From assembly GCA_003990765.1 (NCBI GenBank), contig RBNJ01000250.1:1-35527 (forward strand): a DNA stretch of 35,527 bases. Direction: 5' to 3'. A program made the translations under genes and the position numbers. This DNA comes from Jimgerdemannia flammicorona. Its lineage: Eukaryota. The notes beneath the pieces are model-generated. The model saw only the letters and a list, made by a program, of their open reading frames with translations, did not search any database and had not been told where the DNA came from. Positions 35,466 to 35,527 of this stretch are shown piece after piece; the first letter of the stretch is position 1; each line of letters opens with the position of its first letter.

Positions 35466-35527
35466 TGTGAGGAGGTGTTTGTAATTATCAATAGACTAGT
35501 AATAAATGGTGAAGTCCGCATGATTAT

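Larger units (their letters stand above)
29666..35527 (+). mobile_element. LINE D, essentially full-length; window ends just before the expected poly(A)
   Basis: 5' end ACATTCTTTCTCCAG, ORF1 29750-31782, ORF2 31814-35465, AATAAA at 35501-35506. The 3' UTR matches LINE C up to its last bases. Confidence 0.95.

Overview
Eukaryotic, almost certainly fungal DNA. The intron style and the MULE family point to an early-diverging Mucoromycota-type host, which is an inference. The first ~560 bp hold the last three exons of an intact FKBP-type PPIase gene with a C-terminal transmembrane segment. The remaining ~34 kb is a nested pile of dead transposons. (i) A minus-strand Mutator-like (MULE-SWIM) transposase with a repeat-rich N-terminal region is split by two complete, co-oriented Ty3/Gypsy chromoviruses (3262-9295 and 9927-15938). 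Each has paired LTRs, a 5-bp TSD, PBS and PPT, and each encodes a full five-motif trimeric dUTPase between the Gag zinc knuckle and the protease, plus a possible coding extension after the chromodomain. (ii) Four 5'-complete, co-oriented, strongly G-rich L1/Tx1-clade LINEs are nested inside one another: A contains B, and B contains C and D. All repeats carry heavy C>T/G>A damage, in non-CpG as well as CpG contexts. My hand count for one LTR pair gives 30 differences, all transitions. The damage fades abruptly within ~1.2 kb of the host gene. Most short ORFs in the supplied track are fragments or antisense shadows of these elements.
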